64,000 nucleotides of DNA, from contig OY969696.1 in assembly GCA_963702005.1 (NCBI GenBank), forward strand, positions 480,001-544,000, in the 5' to 3' direction. The stretch comes from Candidatus Aminicenantes bacterium (GTDB taxonomy: Bacteria > Acidobacteriota > Aminicenantia > Aminicenantales > JAFGBC01). The translations under genes and the position numbers were made by a program. This document shows, piece after piece, positions 45,435 through 58,728 of the stretch. Every line of letters starts with the position of its first letter. The first letter of the stretch is position 1. The notes under the pieces are model-generated. The model had not been told where the DNA came from and searched no databases. It saw nothing but the letters and a program-made list of their open reading frames with translations.

Positions 45435-46792
45435 AACACAAGACGGTCTTCATCTGCCAGAGCTGCGGGACGCGCTCTCCCAAGTGGCTTGGCCGCTGCC
45501 CGGGCTGCGGGGAATGGAACACCTTTATCGAAGAAGTCGATGAAGAGCGCATCCCCGCGGCCGAGTCCTCTTTCGCGCCGGCCGAGTCCATGCTCTATTC
45601 CGACATCAAGGAGACCGCGAACCAGCGGCTCGAGATCGATATTCAGGAATTCAACAAGGTCCTGGGCGGGGGCGCCGTCCTGGGCTCGCTCGTCCTTGTC
45701 GGCGGCGAACCCGGAATCGGGAAGTCGACCCTCCTTCTCCAGGCCTCGCGCGACTTCGCCGCCCGGGGCCACAAAGTCCTGTACGTCTCGGGCGAGGAGT
45801 CGCTGGAGCAGATCAAGCTCCGCGGGGACCGCCTCGGCATCGGCGACGGTGAGCTCTACCTCCTGGCCGAAACGAACCTGGAGCGGATCGTGGCTCAGGC
45901 CGAGAAAGTCAGGCCCCGGATCCTCGTCTTGGACTCGATCCAGACCGTTTATTCCGCCAAGCTCAGCTCGGGCCCGGGCACGATCAGCCAGGTCCGCGAG
46001 GTCGCCAACCAGCTCTTCCGCTTCGCCAAGACGAACCAGGTTCCCGCTTTCTTGATCGGCCATATCACCAAGGAGGGGTCGCTGGCCGGGCCGAAGTCCC
46101 TCGAGCACATCGTCGACGTCGTCCTTCTCTTCGAGGGCGAGCGGGACCACAGCTATCGGATCCTGCGGGCCCTCAAGAACCGGTTCGGCCCCGTCTCGGA
46201 GCTGGCTATCTTCGAGATGGGCGCGGCGGGCCTCCAGGCCATCCCGAACCCGTCGGCGTTCTTCCTCAAGGAGCGGCCGGCCGACGAGCCGGGGAGCGTC
46301 GTCGTCAGCACGATCAAGGGATCGCGCCCGCTCCTGGCCGAGATCCAAGCCCTGGTCTCCTCGACCCTGTTCGTGGGAAACCCGCGCCGGATGACGATCG
46401 GCCTCGATCATTTCCGGGCTTCCATGCTCCTGGCCGTCGTTGAGAAGAAGCTCGGGTTCGGGTTCGCCGGCGAGGATATTTACCTCAACGTCGCTGGCGG
46501 CGTCTCCATCGAGGAGCCGGCCGCGGACCTGGCCGTCGTATTGGCCGTCGTCTCCAGCCTCAAGAACAGGCCGATCCCCTACCGGACGGCCGTCTTCGGC
46601 GAGGTCGGACTGAGCGGAGAAGTCCGCTCGGTGGGCCAGCCGCTGGCCCGGCTCAAGGAGGCCGCCTCGCTCGGCTTCGAACGGATCGTCCTTCCCCAGG
46701 GAAACCTCGCCCAGTTGGAAAAGGAGGAAACGCCCGGCCTGGAAGTCCTGGCCGTCCGAGACGTCCGGCAGGCGTTCAAGCTTATCTTTTGA
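45431..46792 (+). CDS. radA: DNA repair protein RadA/Sms
   Basis: CQSCG...[38 protein letters not shown]. Confidence 0.97.
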   Translation: MKHKTVFICQSCGTRSPKWLGRCPGCGEWNTFIEEVDEERIPAAESSFAPAESMLYSDIKETANQRLEIDIQEFNKVLGGGAVLGSLVLVGGEPGIGKSTLLLQASRDFAARGHKVLYVSGEESLEQIKLRGDRLGIGDGELYLLAETNLERIVAQAEKVRPRILVLDSIQTVYSAKLSSGPGTISQVREVANQLFRFAKTNQVPAFLIGHITKEGSLAGPKSLEHIVDVVLLFEGERDHSYRILRALKNRFGPVSELAIFEMGAAGLQAIPNPSAFFLKERPADEPGSVVVSTIKGSRPLLAEIQALVSSTLFVGNPRRMTIGLDHFRASMLLAVVEKKLGFGFAGEDIYLNVAGGVSIEEPAADLAVVLAVVSSLKNRPIPYRTAVFGEVGLSGEVRSVGQPLARLKEAASLGFERIVLPQGNLAQLEKEETPGLEVLAVRDVRQAFKLIF

Positions 46793-46808
46793 TAAAGGAT
46801 TAATAACC

Positions 46809-47798
46809 GTGGGCATCTTAATCTTCCGCTTTTTAATGATCGCCTTCCTGGCCGTCGCCGGCTACTTCTTTCCCCCTTTCTCTTTACAGAAAGAGGTCGG
46901 CGCGGCTGCAGCCGCCCTGCTCGGCTTTGTCATCATGATCCTCGAGATCCGCATTCGCCGGGCCCAGTTCCGGACGATCTGGAGCTCGACGCTGGGATCC
47001 TTCGCCGGTGTTATTATCGGCTGGGGGCTGGGCTCTATCTACCAGAGCATCACCAAGAGTCCCGACACGGCCGTCTTCATCCGGATCTTCTTCCTGATCA
47101 TCATGCCCTACATGGGATTTTTGATCGGAACCCAGAAGTCGGAATGGCTGGACCCGGTCCACTTTTTCCGGTTCGTCCACGAGAAGAGCGTGGGCCGGGC
47201 CTACAAGATCCTGGACACGAGCGTCATCATCGACGGCCGGATCGTCGACATTTGCGATACGGCCTTTGTCGACGGCACCCTGGTCATCCCCCAGTTCGTC
47301 CTCAAGGAGCTCCAGCTGGTGGCCGACTCGGCCGACGGCCTCAAGCGTCAGCGGGGGCGGCGCGGCCTGGACGTCCTGGACCGGCTCCAGAAGTCCGCCC
47401 AGGTCCAGGTTCAGATCGTCGACATCGATTTCCCCGATGTCCGCGACGTCGACTCCAAGCTCATCGAGCTCGCCAAGCACCTCGACGCCAAGATCGTGAC
47501 CAACGACTTCAACCTCAACAAGGTCGCCCGGCTTCAGGGGATCTTCGTTCTCAACATCAACGAGCTCGCCAACGCCCTCAAGCCGATCGTCCTGCCCGGC
47601 GAGACCATGAAAGTCTTCATCTTCAAGGAAGGCAAGGAAAAAGACCAGGGCGTCGCCTACCTCGACGACGGGACCATGGTCGTCGTCGACAACTCGCGCC
47701 GGCTGATCGGTCAGACGATCATGATCACGGTCACCTCGGTGCTCCAGACGACGGTCGGGAAGATGATCTTCGGCCGCTACAACGAAGAAGCCAAATGA
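46809..47798 (+). CDS. Membrane PIN/TRAM-domain protein (YacL-like)
   Basis: TM helices, then [55 protein letters not shown]. Confidence 0.92.
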   Translation: MGILIFRFLMIAFLAVAGYFFPPFSLQKEVGAAAAALLGFVIMILEIRIRRAQFRTIWSSTLGSFAGVIIGWGLGSIYQSITKSPDTAVFIRIFFLIIMPYMGFLIGTQKSEWLDPVHFFRFVHEKSVGRAYKILDTSVIIDGRIVDICDTAFVDGTLVIPQFVLKELQLVADSADGLKRQRGRRGLDVLDRLQKSAQVQVQIVDIDFPDVRDVDSKLIELAKHLDAKIVTNDFNLNKVARLQGIFVLNINELANALKPIVLPGETMKVFIFKEGKEKDQGVAYLDDGTMVVVDNSRRLIGQTIMITVTSVLQTTVGKMIFGRYNEEAK

Positions 47799-48460
47799 CG
47801 CGGGTGGCTGTCCTGATCGTCGCCGCCGGCCGGGGCCGGCGCTTCGGCGGGGCCAAGCAGTTCGCTCTTCTCGGCGGACGGCCGGTCATCGCCTGGAGTA
47901 TCGAAGCCTTCGCCCGTCATCCCCGGGTCGACCAGATCGTCCTCGTCCTGCCCGCGGGCGAGGACGGCGCGTCCTTCCGGTCGCTCGATCCCAAGGTCGG
48001 GGCGGTGGTTGAGGGGGGGGCGCGCCGCCAGGATTCGGTCCGGAACGGATTCGGGCGGATCGAGCCGGACGGCGCCGACCTTATCCTCGTCCACGACGGC
48101 GTCAGGCCCCTGGTCGATGCCGCTCTCATCGACCGGGTCCTCGCGGCCGCCGAGGCCGGCGGGGCGGCCGTCCCCGCGCTCGCCATCGAAGACACCGTCA
48201 AAGAAGTCCGGGAGGACAAGATCATCCGGACCCTGAACCGGGACAATCTGATCCGGACCCAGACCCCGCAAGGTTTTAGGTACCAACTCCTGAAGGAAGC
48301 GATCGCCCACGCCCGGAGAACGGGGTACCGGGGGACGGACGAGGCCTCCCTCGTCGAGCATCTGGGCCGGATCGTCATCGTCGTCCCGGGAGATCCCCGC
48401 AACATTAAGATTACGAGGGCCGAGGACCTGGCCCTCGCCGAGGCCTGGTGCCATGCTTAA
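47795..48460 (+). CDS. ispD: 2-C-methyl-D-erythritol 4-phosphate cytidylyltransferase
   Basis: [45 protein letters not shown]. Confidence 0.95.
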   Translation: MTRVAVLIVAAGRGRRFGGAKQFALLGGRPVIAWSIEAFARHPRVDQIVLVLPAGEDGASFRSLDPKVGAVVEGGARRQDSVRNGFGRIEPDGADLILVHDGVRPLVDAALIDRVLAAAEAGGAAVPALAIEDTVKEVREDKIIRTLNRDNLIRTQTPQGFRYQLLKEAIAHARRTGYRGTDEASLVEHLGRIVIVVPGDPRNIKITRAEDLALAEAWCHA

Positions 48461-48959
48461 AATCGGAATCGGCTACGACCTGCACCGGCTCGAGCCGGGC
48501 CGGCCCCTCTATCTGGGCGGCGTCGAGATCCCCCATCCGCGCGGGCTGGCCGGGCATTCGGACGGCGACTGCCTCATTCACGCCGTCATCGACGCCCTGC
48601 TCGGCGCCGAGGGGGAGACCGATATCGGACGGCTCTTTCCCGACACGGACCCCGCGACCAAGGGCGCCCGGAGTACGATCCTGCTCGGGGAGGTCGTCGG
48701 CCGGCTCAAACGGAAGGGATTCCGCGTCGTCCACGTCGACGTCGTCGTCGTCGCGGAGAGCCCCAAGCTCGGCCCCCATTTTCCCCGTATGAAGGACGCG
48801 CTCATCCCGCTGCTGGGAGTGGACGGATCGGGCCTCGGGCTCAAAGCCAAGACGAACGAGACGGTCGGGCTTATCGGCCGCAGGGAGGCCATCGCATGCT
48901 GGGCGGTCGCCCTGGTCGACAAAAAGCGCGGGAAGCATTCCGCGCCCCTCAGAGCTTGA
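48453..48959 (+). CDS. ispF: 2-C-methyl-D-erythritol 2,4-cyclodiphosphate synthase
   Basis: IGIGYDLH, GHSDGD..IHAVIDALLGA, DIGRLFPDTD, KAKTNE. Confidence 0.96.
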   Translation: MLKIGIGYDLHRLEPGRPLYLGGVEIPHPRGLAGHSDGDCLIHAVIDALLGAEGETDIGRLFPDTDPATKGARSTILLGEVVGRLKRKGFRVVHVDVVVVAESPKLGPHFPRMKDALIPLLGVDGSGLGLKAKTNETVGLIGRREAIACWAVALVDKKRGKHSAPLRA

Positions 48960-49120
48960 CGAAACGGGCCAGGAAAAAGAGCGTCGGCGTCTCGGGCCCG
49001 GGGGGAAGCCGGAGGATTAAGCTGAAACGAACGTCTCCGACATCGGGTTCCAAGAAGGGAAGATTTGGGGCCGGCCTCCGTCTAAAGGGTGAGACAGAGG
49101 CCGTACCGAATGAGCCGCAG

Positions 49121-49705
49121 ATGGACGAATCCGAACTGGTCGAGAGAGCCCGAAACGGAGATCGGGAGGCCTTCTCCTGTCTCGTGAAAAAGTATGAGGC
49201 GAAAGTGTTCCAACTCGCGTACGGATTGACCCGCAACCGCCAGGCTGCGGACGACCTGGCCCAGGAGGCCTTCATCAAGGCCTATACGGGCCTGTCCAAA
49301 TTCGAGTCGCGATCCGCGTTCGGAACCTGGCTCTACCGGATCACCGTCAATCACGCCAAGGATTATCTCCGCCGAAGCAAGGCCCGTAAAGAGGTCTCCC
49401 TGGACGACCTCAGTCCGGCCGTCCTGGCCGACAACGACGGTCCCGAGCGCGAAGCCCGGCTGCGAGCCCGGGAAAAAACGCGGGAGCTCGTCCTGAGGAT
49501 GATCGGCCTGCTTCCGGAAAAATACGCGAACATCCTGTCCCTGCGGGATCTCCAGGGCCGTTCTTACGAAGAGATCGCCGAGGTTTTGAACATCTCGCCG
49601 GGCACGGTGGACTCCCGTCTCCATCGAGCCCGGAAGCTTCTCCGGAAAAGGCTGGAGCCCTCTCTCCGGCCGCAAGGAGGGAGCCATGAACTGCAAGAGA
49701 GCTGA
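49121..49705 (+). CDS. ECF RNA polymerase sigma factor
   Basis: GDREAF..LV, ADDLAQEAFIKAY, FGTWLYRI, SYEEIAEVL..SPGTVDSRLHRAR. Confidence 0.93.
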   Translation: MDESELVERARNGDREAFSCLVKKYEAKVFQLAYGLTRNRQAADDLAQEAFIKAYTGLSKFESRSAFGTWLYRITVNHAKDYLRRSKARKEVSLDDLSPAVLADNDGPEREARLRAREKTRELVLRMIGLLPEKYANILSLRDLQGRSYEEIAEVLNISPGTVDSRLHRARKLLRKRLEPSLRPQGGSHELQES

Positions 49706-50174
49706 AAACCTCTTGGTCCGTTCCTTCGACGGCCCGCTCCCGCCCGGCGAGGCGGACGTCCTGCGCGGCCACCTCGAGGCCTGCCCCGCCTGCCGGAGGC
49801 GGAGCGAGGAATATGATCTGATCCGGGATGCCTTCCGGACCTTCCCCCCGGCCGAGCCGCGGCCCTATTTCTGGGAGCGGTTAAGCGCCCATCTTCCGGC
49901 GGCCGATCTCTCTCCCTGGCCGTCTTGGCGGAAGCTCGGCCTCAAGCTCGTTCCGGCCTGTTTAGCCGTCGTCCTTGTCCTGGGCGCCGCCCTGGCTTTC
50001 CTACGGCCCCAAGCGGCCGCCGAATTGAGCCAGACCGAGATCCTTCTCCGAGGAGAGGACCCCCTCAACGAAACGACGAACATCTTGGACGAAAAGCGCG
50101 CGGAGGACAAGAACATGATGATCTTGTTCGCGTCGCTGGAATTCCAGTCCTCCCCGGGGAGCCGAATGCCATGA
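49686..50174 (+). CDS. Zinc-binding (ZAS, HxxxCxxC) membrane anti-sigma factor
   Basis: MNC...HLEACPAC plus one TM helix; overlaps the sigma gene. Confidence 0.88.
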   Translation: MNCKRAENLLVRSFDGPLPPGEADVLRGHLEACPACRRRSEEYDLIRDAFRTFPPAEPRPYFWERLSAHLPAADLSPWPSWRKLGLKLVPACLAVVLVLGAALAFLRPQAAAELSQTEILLRGEDPLNETTNILDEKRAEDKNMMILFASLEFQSSPGSRMP

Positions 50175-50604
50175 ATAACAAAGCCCGTTTATGGATCATC
50201 TTCTCCTTCGTGGCCGTCCTCGCCGCCGGGATCGTCGGCGGCCTGTTCCTGGGACGGTCTTGGCCAAGGGGGGGGGCGCCAAGGCCTTCCGCCCGGGTCC
50301 GCCTCCGTCGCTGGACCAGCTGGCCAAGGACCTGGAGCTGACTCCGGCCCAGAAGGAGGAGATCGGAAAAATATTCGAGAGGAACGAAGAACGGATCAAG
50401 GAGCTGCGCTCCCAGATTCACGCCCGCTTGGGGGAAGTCCGGGAGAGGCTCAAGACCGAAATCGAGAACGTCCTGACCCCGCAGCAGAGGGAGAAATTCA
50501 ACGCCCTGCTCGAGCGGCATATGCAGAGGGAGCGGGAGGTCCGGAGGCATGATCCGGACCGCGACTCGCCCCCTCCGGACGAACCGAAAGGAGAACATCC
50601 ATGA
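50171..50604 (+). CDS. Spy/CpxP-like periplasmic protein, split by an apparent frameshift in a G9 run (50268-50276)
   Basis: Signal/TM segment in the ATG 50171 frame; LELTPAQ and VLTPQQREKF (LTxxQ motifs) in the -1 frame. One extra G joins the two frames. Confidence 0.75.
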
Positions 50605-52028
50605 CCAAGAAGAAATGGCTCATTATGGCGGCGGTCCTGGTTGGGGTCGTCGTCATCGTGGTCGGCGCGACCGTCCTCAAGAACGGAAAGTCGACCGGCC
50701 CCAAATACCGGACCGAGGCCGTCGGCCGGGGCGACATCGAGGCCCTGGTCGTGACATCGGGAACCCTCAACCCGGTCATGACGGTCGAGGTTGGAAGCCA
50801 AGTCTCGGGAAAGATCGCCAAGATCAACGTCGATTACAATTCGCAGGTCAAGGCGGGCGACATCCTGGCCGAGCTGGACTTGTCCATCCTCCAGTCCAAG
50901 ATCGATCAGAACAACGCCAACTACCTAAGCGCCCAGGCGTCGCTCGACCGGGCCAACGTCACGCTCGACAACCTTAAGAAAAAATACGACAGGTCCCTAA
51001 CCCTGTTCGAAAAGAACCTTATTTCCTACGAGGAGAAGGAGGCGGCCGAGGCGTCCTACCTGGGCGCCAAGACGGACGTGACCTCCGCCCAGGCCCGGCT
51101 CGAGCAGGCCAAGAGCCAGCTCGAATCGAGCAAGCTCGACCTCAGCTACGCCATCATCCGCTCCCCCATCGACGGCATCGTCATCACCCGAGACATGAAC
51201 GTCGGGCAGACGGTCGCGGCCAGTTACCAGGCCCCCAAGCTCTTCACGATCGCCAACGACCTGAGCAAGATGCAGGTCGAGTGCAGCGTCGACGAGGCCG
51301 ACATCGGGAAGGTCCTCGAAAAACAGAAAGTCCGCTTCACGGTCGACGCCTTCGCCGATGAGACCTTCCTCGGAACCGTCAAGCAAGTCCGCTACTCCCC
51401 GACGACCTCCCAGAACGTCGTGACCTACACGACGATCGTCGACGTCGATAATCCGGGGATGAAGCTTCGACCCGGCATGACGGCGACCGTTTCGATCATC
51501 GCCGGGGAGGCCAAGAACGTCCTGCGCGTTCCCAACGCCGCCCTCCGTTTCACGCCGACCCTTCCCGCCGAGGAGCTGGCCAAGATCATGAAGGCGAGCT
51601 TCGAGGCCATGATGGCCCGGCGCCAGGCCGAAGCCGGCCAGGCCGGCCAAGGCCAAGCGGGCCAAGCCTCCGGCTCCGGGCAATCCCAGACCGCAAGCCC
51701 AAGCGCCGCCATCCGTCCGGACGGCCAAGGCGAGCGTCCCCGGAGCGGGGGAATGATGTTCATGCAACGCCAAACCCAGGGGCAGACCGGCGACGCATCC
51801 CAAGCGATGCGGAGCGGCCGACAGCCGTCTCGAGTTTGGGTCCAGGACAAAGACGGCAAGCTCAGGATGGTCTTCCTCCGACCCGGCGTCACCGACAATT
51901 CCTACACCGAGATCGTGCGGAGCGAGCTTAAGGAGGGCGACCTCGTCATCCTCGGCGAGAATAGCGCCAGCACGTCCTCCAGCCAGAGCGGGCCGCCCAG
52001 AGGTACGACGATGTTCATAGGCCGCTAA
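50601..52028 (+). CDS. MacA-type periplasmic adaptor
   Basis: SGTLNPV..VEVGSQVSGKI, IRSPIDGIV, VDEADIG, LRPGMTA. Confidence 0.92.
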   Translation: MTKKKWLIMAAVLVGVVVIVVGATVLKNGKSTGPKYRTEAVGRGDIEALVVTSGTLNPVMTVEVGSQVSGKIAKINVDYNSQVKAGDILAELDLSILQSKIDQNNANYLSAQASLDRANVTLDNLKKKYDRSLTLFEKNLISYEEKEAAEASYLGAKTDVTSAQARLEQAKSQLESSKLDLSYAIIRSPIDGIVITRDMNVGQTVAASYQAPKLFTIANDLSKMQVECSVDEADIGKVLEKQKVRFTVDAFADETFLGTVKQVRYSPTTSQNVVTYTTIVDVDNPGMKLRPGMTATVSIIAGEAKNVLRVPNAALRFTPTLPAEELAKIMKASFEAMMARRQAEAGQAGQGQAGQASGSGQSQTASPSAAIRPDGQGERPRSGGMMFMQRQTQGQTGDASQAMRSGRQPSRVWVQDKDGKLRMVFLRPGVTDNSYTEIVRSELKEGDLVILGENSASTSSSQSGPPRGTTMFIGR

Positions 52029-52052
52029 GGCCTGAACACGCAGGGGACTTCC

Positions 52053-54013
<1,961 letters not shown>

Positions 54014-54067
54014 GAATCGGGCGGAGATCATCCGGACTCACAGATCACTCATTCAGGGAGGTTCGAT

Positions 54068-55633
54068 ATGCGTAAGATAAAGCTCATAACGGGGATTTTC
54101 ATGGCCGGCCTCGCGCTGGGATCGGCCTTCGCCCAGGACCAGGTCAAATCCATGACGCTCGAAGACTGCATCCTGGGGGCTCTCAAGAACAACCTGTCGG
54201 TCGCCATCCAGGTCCTCAGCCCGCAGCTCGCGGACGAAACCCTGTCTAAGGCCCGGGAAAAGTTCATCCCGACTTTGTCGATGTCGTTCAACAATCGGCA
54301 CAGCGAATCGGCGTCCTATTCCTGGACGAGCACTTCCACGTCGGGATCGGTCCTCTCCAAATACAACAGCTACAACGTTTCTCTCAGCGAAGCCATCCCT
54401 TACGGCGGGACGCTGAGCCTGGCCCTGGACTCCTACAAGTCGAACACGAACCAAAGCCTCCAGACGATCAATCCCCGCTACGGTTCGACCCTGTCCTTCA
54501 ACTTCAGCCAGCCGCTTCTCCGCAACTTCGGGGCGTCCATCAGCCAGCAGGAGATCCTGATCGCCCGGAACAACCTTGAGATTTCCGAGTACGACCTCCA
54601 TCAGTCCCTCCTCGATACGGTTTATTCGGTCGAGCAGGCCTACTGGAATCTTGTCTACAGCACCCAAAGCCTCGAGGTTCAGCAGCAGTCCCTTCAGCTG
54701 GCCCGCGACCTCCTCGACAAGAATCAGCGTTCGGTCGAAGTCGGCCAATTGGCCCCGATCGAAGTCTTGAGCGCGCAGGCGGAAGTCGCGACCCGGGAAG
54801 CGGACATCCTTCAGGCCGAGGCCCTGGTCAAGAACAACGAGGACGCGCTCCGGACGCTTCTCAACCTGGAGCCCGGGAAACAGGCCTCCGCCGTCCGCAT
54901 CGTTCCGGCCGACAAACCGGTCTTCGAGGAAAGGACGGTGAATCTCGATGAAGCCCTCCAGACGGCCATGGACAACCGACCGGACCTCCATTCGGCCAGG
55001 ATCAGCCTTAAGAATTACGAGCTTGACCTGACCTACGCGCGAAACCAGCTCCTGCCCGGCCTCAACCTGACCGCGTCCTATTCGAGCCCGGGAATCTCGG
55101 GCGACCGGATCATGTACCTCAACAACAACCCCCTGACCGGGGTCGTCATCGGCTCCATTCCGGGCGCGGCATCCGACGCTCTCAAGGACTCCTTCAACTT
55201 CAAATACCAGAACTGGACGGTCGGTCTGACCCTCGACCTTCCCCTCAGCAACGTCCTGAGCCGAGCCGGCTACGCCCAGGCCAAGGTCAACATGGACAAG
55301 GCCCAGCTGACCCTCAAGAACCAGGAACAACAGGCCTTTCTCGAAATCAGAAACGCCGTCCGGTCCGTCGAGACCGGCTACAAGCGCGTCCAGGCTTACA
55401 AGGTCGCCCGCGATCTGGCCGAGAAGAAGTACGAGGCCGAGGTCGAAAAGCTCAAGGTCGGTTTGTCCACAAACTACACCGTGCTCCAGAACCAAAGGGA
55501 CCTGACCAACGCCAGGTCGACGGAGCTCAAGGCCATCGTCGATTACAGCCTGGCCCTGGCCGGATTGGATCGGGCCCTGGGCGTCACTCTCAAGAAGAAG
55601 AACATCCAGCTCCAGAATTTCATGAATTACTGA
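54068..55633 (+). CDS. TolC-family outer membrane channel
   Basis: Signal peptide, ALKNN, QPLLRNFG, AYWNLV, LDLPL, GLSTN; terminates the MacAB operon. Confidence 0.88.
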   Translation: MRKIKLITGIFMAGLALGSAFAQDQVKSMTLEDCILGALKNNLSVAIQVLSPQLADETLSKAREKFIPTLSMSFNNRHSESASYSWTSTSTSGSVLSKYNSYNVSLSEAIPYGGTLSLALDSYKSNTNQSLQTINPRYGSTLSFNFSQPLLRNFGASISQQEILIARNNLEISEYDLHQSLLDTVYSVEQAYWNLVYSTQSLEVQQQSLQLARDLLDKNQRSVEVGQLAPIEVLSAQAEVATREADILQAEALVKNNEDALRTLLNLEPGKQASAVRIVPADKPVFEERTVNLDEALQTAMDNRPDLHSARISLKNYELDLTYARNQLLPGLNLTASYSSPGISGDRIMYLNNNPLTGVVIGSIPGAASDALKDSFNFKYQNWTVGLTLDLPLSNVLSRAGYAQAKVNMDKAQLTLKNQEQQAFLEIRNAVRSVETGYKRVQAYKVARDLAEKKYEAEVEKLKVGLSTNYTVLQNQRDLTNARSTELKAIVDYSLALAGLDRALGVTLKKKNIQLQNFMNY

Positions 55634-58600
55634 CCCGGCCTCCCTGCTTGCGCGGCTCGAACCAGCCGTAGAGCGTCGGCAGGACGAGGAGCGTTAATAG
55701 GGTCGAAGTCAGGAGTCCCCCGACCACAACGACGGCCAGGGGGCGCTGGATCTCCGACCCCGGCCCCTGGGCGGCCAGGAGCGGCAAGAGGCTGAAGACG
55801 GTGATCGACGCCGTCATCAGGACCGGCCGGAGCCGGCGCGCGCAGCCGCCGGCGATAGCCTCATCGAGGGTTGCCCCTTCCTGGCGGCACTGGCTGATCG
55901 TCGAGACGAGGACGACGCCGTTGAGGACTGCGATTCCGAACAGGGCGATAAACCCAACCGAGGCGGGAACGGAAAGGTAGAGTCCGGCCAGGTAGAGCGA
56001 AACGACGCCGCCGATCAGGGCGAACGGAAGGTTGAGGAAGACGAGGGCCGCCAGCCGGGCGGATCCGAAGGTCACGAACAGCAGGAAAAAGATGAGGCCG
56101 GCCGTCAGGGGGACGATCAGGGTGAGCCTCCGCATCGCCCGCTGCTGGTTCTCGAACTGGCCTCCCCATTCCATATAATAGCCGCCCGGAAAGTCGACCC
56201 GTTTCCGGATTTCGCGCCGGGCCTCGGCGACGAACCCGCCGATGTCCCTCCCCGACACGTTGCACTCTATTCCGATCCGGCGCTGTCCGAATTCCCGACT
56301 GATCTGGCTCGGCCCTTCCTCGAGCTTGATGGCCGCCAGTTCGCCGAGCGGGACGCGGAAGCCTTGAGGGGCCGGGATCAGGATGCGGGCGAGGCTTCCG
56401 ATCGAATCCCTCCAGCCTTCGGGAAAGCGGACCGCGACGCCGAAGCTTTTATCGCCTTCGTAGATGCGGGTGACCGGGCTCCCGGCCACGGCCGTCGCGA
56501 TGACCTCCTGGACGTCCGCGACGCTGATCCCATAGCGGGCGATCCTGGCCCGGTCCACGGCGATCGTGACGTAGGGCTGGCCCGCGACCCTCTCGACGAC
56601 AATGTCCCGAGTCCCTTTAAGCCCGGCCAGGACGCGGCCGATGGATTCGGCCTTGGCGCTGAGCGTCTCCAGATCCTCCCCGAACAACCTGATGATGATC
56701 TGAGCCCGCGTGCCGGCGACGAGTTCGTCGATCCGGCAGGCGATCGGCTGGCTGAAGGAGAAGGCCATGCCCGGGAAGACCTCCATGGCCTTCCGCATCT
56801 TGTTGGTGAGCTCATCGCGGGTCCGGGCCGAGGTCCATTCCCGGCGGGGACGGATCGTCCCCACATAACCCGTCTTTTCGACGCCCCGCGCCTCGAGGGC
56901 GATTCCGGTCTGTCCGGTCCGGGAGACGATCGTCTCGAGCTCGGGGAATAGCTTGAGCCTGCGTTCAACTTCCTTGCTGATCGCCAGCGACTGATCGAGC
57001 GAGATGCCCGGCAAGAGTTGAATGTCCATGTCGAAGGCGCCCTCGTCCATAACGGGAATGAATTCGGTCCCCAGCCGGGGGATGAGGAGGAGGCTTCCGG
57101 CCAGCATGAGGAGCGCCGCCGTCAGGACGAGCGCCTTGCGCCGCAGGGTCCAGCGCAGAAGAGCCGAATAGGCGGAGATAAGCCCCTCCAGGATGCGGTT
57201 CTTGCGCTCGGCGCTCCGCCCGAGGAGGAGGAGGGACAGGACGGGGATGACCAGGATCGACAGGACGAGAGAGGCGAACAGAGCGATGGACACGGTCAGG
57301 GCCAACGGCGCGAACATCTTTCCCTCGATGCCCTGGAGGGTCATGATCGGCAGGAAGGTCAGGGCGATGATAAGCTCGCCGAAGATGCTGGGCCGGCGGA
57401 CTTCGAGGACGGCCCGCAGGACCGTGGTCGGCTTGGGCTGGGAAACGGCCGTCTCGGCCAGGCGGCGCTGGACGTTCTCAACCTGGATGACGGTCGCGTC
57501 GATGATCATGCCGACCGAGATGGCCAGCCCGCCCAGGGACATCAGGTTGGCGGTCAGGCCGGCCCGCTTCATGATGATGAAGGTCGCCAGGGCCGCCAGG
57601 GGGAGCGAGGCGATGACGATGACGGCTCCCCGCAGGTTGCGCAGGAAAAGATAGAGGATAAAGACGACCAGGATGCCGCCGAGGAGGAGGGCGTCCGTGA
57701 CGGTAGCGACGCTCTGACGGACGATGTCGGAACGCTTATAGAACGGGACGATGACCAGGCCCGCCGGCAGGACCCGGCTCCCGTTGATCTCGGCGACCTT
57801 GGCTTCGATCCCCTGTACGACGTCGCGGGCGTTTGCGCCCCGGAGCATCATGACGATCCCGCCCACGACCTCGCGTTCCCCGTTTATAACCGAGGCGCCC
57901 TGGCGGACGGCCGCTCCGATCAGGACCTGGGCCACGTCCCGGACGAGGACGGGGACGCCCCGCCATGTCTTGACGGAAATGCTGCGGATGTCATCGGCGT
58001 CCTTGAGCAGACCCAGCCCCCGCACCAGGTACTGTTCGGCCGATGTTTGGATGAGGCCTCCGCCCGCGTTCTGGTTGTTCCGTTTGAGGGCCTCGACGAC
58101 CTCGGCGAGAGCGATGCCGTATTTCTGGAGGCGGTCCGGGTCGACGATGACCTGGTACTGTTTGATGAAGCCGCCGAAGGAATTGACCTCGCTGACGCCG
58201 GGCACGGATTTCAAAAGGGGGCTGATGACCCAGTCCTGGAGGGTCCGGAACTCCGTCAACCGCGCCTCATCGGCCGGAGCGGGGGTCCTTTCCTCGAGCG
58301 TATACTGGTAAATCTCGCCCATGGCCGTCGCGACGGGACCCATCTCGACATCGACGTCCTCGGCCAGAGCGTCCCGGACCCCGATCAGGCGCTCCAGGAC
58401 GAGCTGGCGGGCGAAGAAGATGTCGACGCCGTCTTCGAAGACGGCCGTGATGACCGACAGCCCGAATTTGGAGACGGAGCGGAGCCCGGTCAAGCGCGGC
58501 AGTCCGCGCAGGGCGGATTCGACCGGATAGGTCACGAACTTCTCGATCTCGAGCGGAGAGCGGCCGGGCGCCGAGCAGACGACCTCGACCTGAATGTTGG

Positions 58601-58727
58601 TGACGTCGGGGAAAGCGTCGATCGGGAGGCGAAGGAAGGACCAAACGCCGAACCCGGTCAGGAAGAGGACGCCGACGAGGATGAGGGCCTTTTGTCTCAG
58701 GGCGAAGGCGATCAGCCGATCGATCAT
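55620..58727 (-). CDS. CzcA/CusA-family heavy-metal RND transporter
   Basis: LPIDAFPDVTNIQV, GEIYQY, ANLMSLGGLAI, EGKMFAPLA, VGFIALFGIAVLNG, RLRPVLMTA, EIQRPLA. Confidence 0.95.
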   Translation of the reverse strand: MIDRLIAFALRQKALILVGVLFLTGFGVWSFLRLPIDAFPDVTNIQVEVVCSAPGRSPLEIEKFVTYPVESALRGLPRLTGLRSVSKFGLSVITAVFEDGVDIFFARQLVLERLIGVRDALAEDVDVEMGPVATAMGEIYQYTLEERTPAPADEARLTEFRTLQDWVISPLLKSVPGVSEVNSFGGFIKQYQVIVDPDRLQKYGIALAEVVEALKRNNQNAGGGLIQTSAEQYLVRGLGLLKDADDIRSISVKTWRGVPVLVRDVAQVLIGAAVRQGASVINGEREVVGGIVMMLRGANARDVVQGIEAKVAEINGSRVLPAGLVIVPFYKRSDIVRQSVATVTDALLLGGILVVFILYLFLRNLRGAVIVIASLPLAALATFIIMKRAGLTANLMSLGGLAISVGMIIDATVIQVENVQRRLAETAVSQPKPTTVLRAVLEVRRPSIFGELIIALTFLPIMTLQGIEGKMFAPLALTVSIALFASLVLSILVIPVLSLLLLGRSAERKNRILEGLISAYSALLRWTLRRKALVLTAALLMLAGSLLLIPRLGTEFIPVMDEGAFDMDIQLLPGISLDQSLAISKEVERRLKLFPELETIVSRTGQTGIALEARGVEKTGYVGTIRPRREWTSARTRDELTNKMRKAMEVFPGMAFSFSQPIACRIDELVAGTRAQIIIRLFGEDLETLSAKAESIGRVLAGLKGTRDIVVERVAGQPYVTIAVDRARIARYGISVADVQEVIATAVAGSPVTRIYEGDKSFGVAVRFPEGWRDSIGSLARILIPAPQGFRVPLGELAAIKLEEGPSQISREFGQRRIGIECNVSGRDIGGFVAEARREIRKRVDFPGGYYMEWGGQFENQQRAMRRLTLIVPLTAGLIFFLLFVTFGSARLAALVFLNLPFALIGGVVSLYLAGLYLSVPASVGFIALFGIAVLNGVVLVSTISQCRQEGATLDEAIAGGCARRLRPVLMTASITVFSLLPLLAAQGPGSEIQRPLAVVVVGGLLTSTLLTLLVLPTLYGWFEPRKQGGRVSNS

Positions 58728-58728
58728 G

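Noticed and set aside
46809-47798. PIN domain as a VapC toxin
   Set aside because: The membrane PIN-TRAM (YacL) architecture sits in the conserved radA-yacL-ispD-ispF context, with no antitoxin.
51620-51720. GGCCA(A/G) repeats in the MacA-like gene
   Set aside because: They encode a low-complexity Gly/Gln/Ala linker common in these adaptors and are not an independent DNA repeat.
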